From contig NC_086097.1 of assembly GCF_963921235.1 (NCBI RefSeq), positions 63,862,001 to 63,926,000 on the forward strand: 64,000 nucleotides of DNA. The letters are read 5' to 3'. Below, one piece after another: positions 62,451-64,000 of the stretch. The first letter of the stretch is position 1; each line of letters opens with the position of its first letter. A program made the translations under genes and the position numbers. The stretch comes from Mobula hypostoma (Eukaryota). The notes beneath the pieces were generated by a model. That model had not been told where the DNA came from. It saw nothing but the letters and a program-made list of their open reading frames with translations, and searched no databases.

Positions 62451-63438
62451 ATACCAAATCTCCTTAAAGTCTTAACAAAGTAAAACTACTGACTTAGCTT
62501 TGTTGTGATTGCATCAGTGTGTTGGGCCCTCTGAAAGATTGACGCCCTGGAGTGTGACACTGCTCACCGTATCTTCCACTGATCCCTCAATGAGGACTGA
62601 CTTCCTTTTCACGTTCCAGTCAATGCTTGTGGGAAACTTCAGTGCAGAGACAATTCAAGATTGACTCTTTGAGAGTTGTCTTTTTTAAAAATCTCTTCCC
62701 TCTGGCTCTGAATTGAAATGATTATAAAGTAACTCTTGAGCCCTTCAAGGGTATCCTGATGAGAGGGAATCTCAAAACTAATCCTGGGACAAGATGACTG
62801 AAAAAATATTTCCTGGCATCGACAGGAACAATAATAGAGATAATCAGAAATGATTTTAATCTTGTTACAAAGGAATTGTTATATTGAGACTTTAAAATTA
62901 AAATTTAAAATCACTTGGTTAACACACTCTGAGTAGCACACTCCTTTAAAAACACACCATGATATTTGAGAGTACATCTGATAATAGTTGTGGAAAACAT
63001 TGTGTAACTAAAACCAGCTCATTTACTGTTATAGGTTCTTTACATCCAAGTTGCTGTATCAAACAGGGAGCTTTCATATTTCAAGAGTGTATATGATGGA
63101 CCATTGTTCATAATTTGACCCAGCCTGTCCAATATTTTTGACCTATGTAAATACAGGATGACAGTACTGGCTTAATAGGGCTGATCTCAGTAATGCTAAA
63201 ATCCAATACCTTGAATTTCCTTTCCAAAGAAAATGTAAGCAACTGGAGACTGATTTTTCAAGTTATGCTGAAACTGGACAGAAGGTGTCTGTGTACTGTA
63301 TGTCATGGATCCAAGTGAGTAGGGCAGTAGCAGGAAATGCAGCAGGACAGCGCTCGTACTTCCTCCGCCAGTTTTTATTTGAATTTCTGTCAGCATACAC
63401 TTCAATGTTCAGGATAAGGCAACATCTACTACGAACTG

Positions 63439-63994
63439 CAGACATCCCACCCTGCAAAAACTGATTTCAGGGAGGTAGCACCATCAATTTGCGGGAGACT
63501 TCTGGGAGAGGTGGGATGTTTGCAATAGAGTAGCTCCTTAGCAACCAGACAGCTAGTTTAAATAACGTTAACTATGCCAATAAACGAATGACACCTGTTA
63601 AACTCACCTCAACATGTCTTTTACAGTCTTAACCCACCATGGGCAATAGAAAAGTCACTGTTGTAAACAGTGCAGCGAGCAATACTGTCATTATTTTTGA
63701 CCCCTATTAGGCAGGGGTACACTTTAGTGTAGTCTGGGGTGACGTACTTTTTATTTTTTTTTGGAACACTCTGCCATGGCGCGCCCTTGCTCTGTCTCTC
63801 ACGCTTTCTCTCGCGCTCTCTCGCTTGCTTTCTTGCGCTCTCACTTGCTCTCGTGCTCTCGCTTGCTTGCTTGCTCTTGCTCGCTCTTAAAAAAATTTGA
63901 TTTCTGTGATATTGTATATAATTTACGGGCATCAGGGAGCCACTAATTCATATGCGGGAGGCTTCTGGAACTTATGGGAGAGTTGGGATGTCTG
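63439..63994 (-). mobile_element. Non-autonomous hAT-like DNA transposon remnant
   Basis: 11-bp TIR CAGACATCCCA / TGGGATGTCTG. Internal YPCL...ARCTVYNSDFSIAHGG resembles the N-terminal zinc finger of hAT transposases. Flanks GAACTG / GAATTG. Confidence 0.65.
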
Positions 63995-64000
63995 GAATTG

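Overview
Vertebrate genomic DNA, most likely a cartilaginous fish such as a ray (inferred from the repeat landscape and protein divergence). Host genes: (i) the last 15 coding exons of MIA2/cTAGE5 on + (86..39778; coiled-coil and proline-rich tail), reconstructed with GT-AG boundaries and consistent phases; (ii) a complete 3-coding-exon FBXO33 on - (49791..43042, 457 aa), tail-to-tail with MIA2 as in human; (iii) a CpG-island first coding exon on + (52288..52371) missed by the ORF track, tentatively FAM177A1-like. The rest is transposon-rich: a full-length but decayed Gypsy LTR element with a PNMA-like gag (4708..13962, -) carrying a nested Penelope-like element, many CR1 LINE copies (one with an intact ORF2), Rex1/Babar tails, and Tc1 and hAT remnants. 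Most interesting signals: a U_UUA_AAC slippery heptamer at the ORF1 stop of several divergent CR1 subfamilies whose -1 frame is exactly the AUG-less ORF2 (candidate programmed -1 frameshift in a LINE); a hAT MITE embedded in frame in an apparent MIA2 coding exon; and minimal hammerhead ribozymes in Penelope-like ends and in palindromic mini-elements with their own target-site duplications. All calls were made by eye, without database searches.
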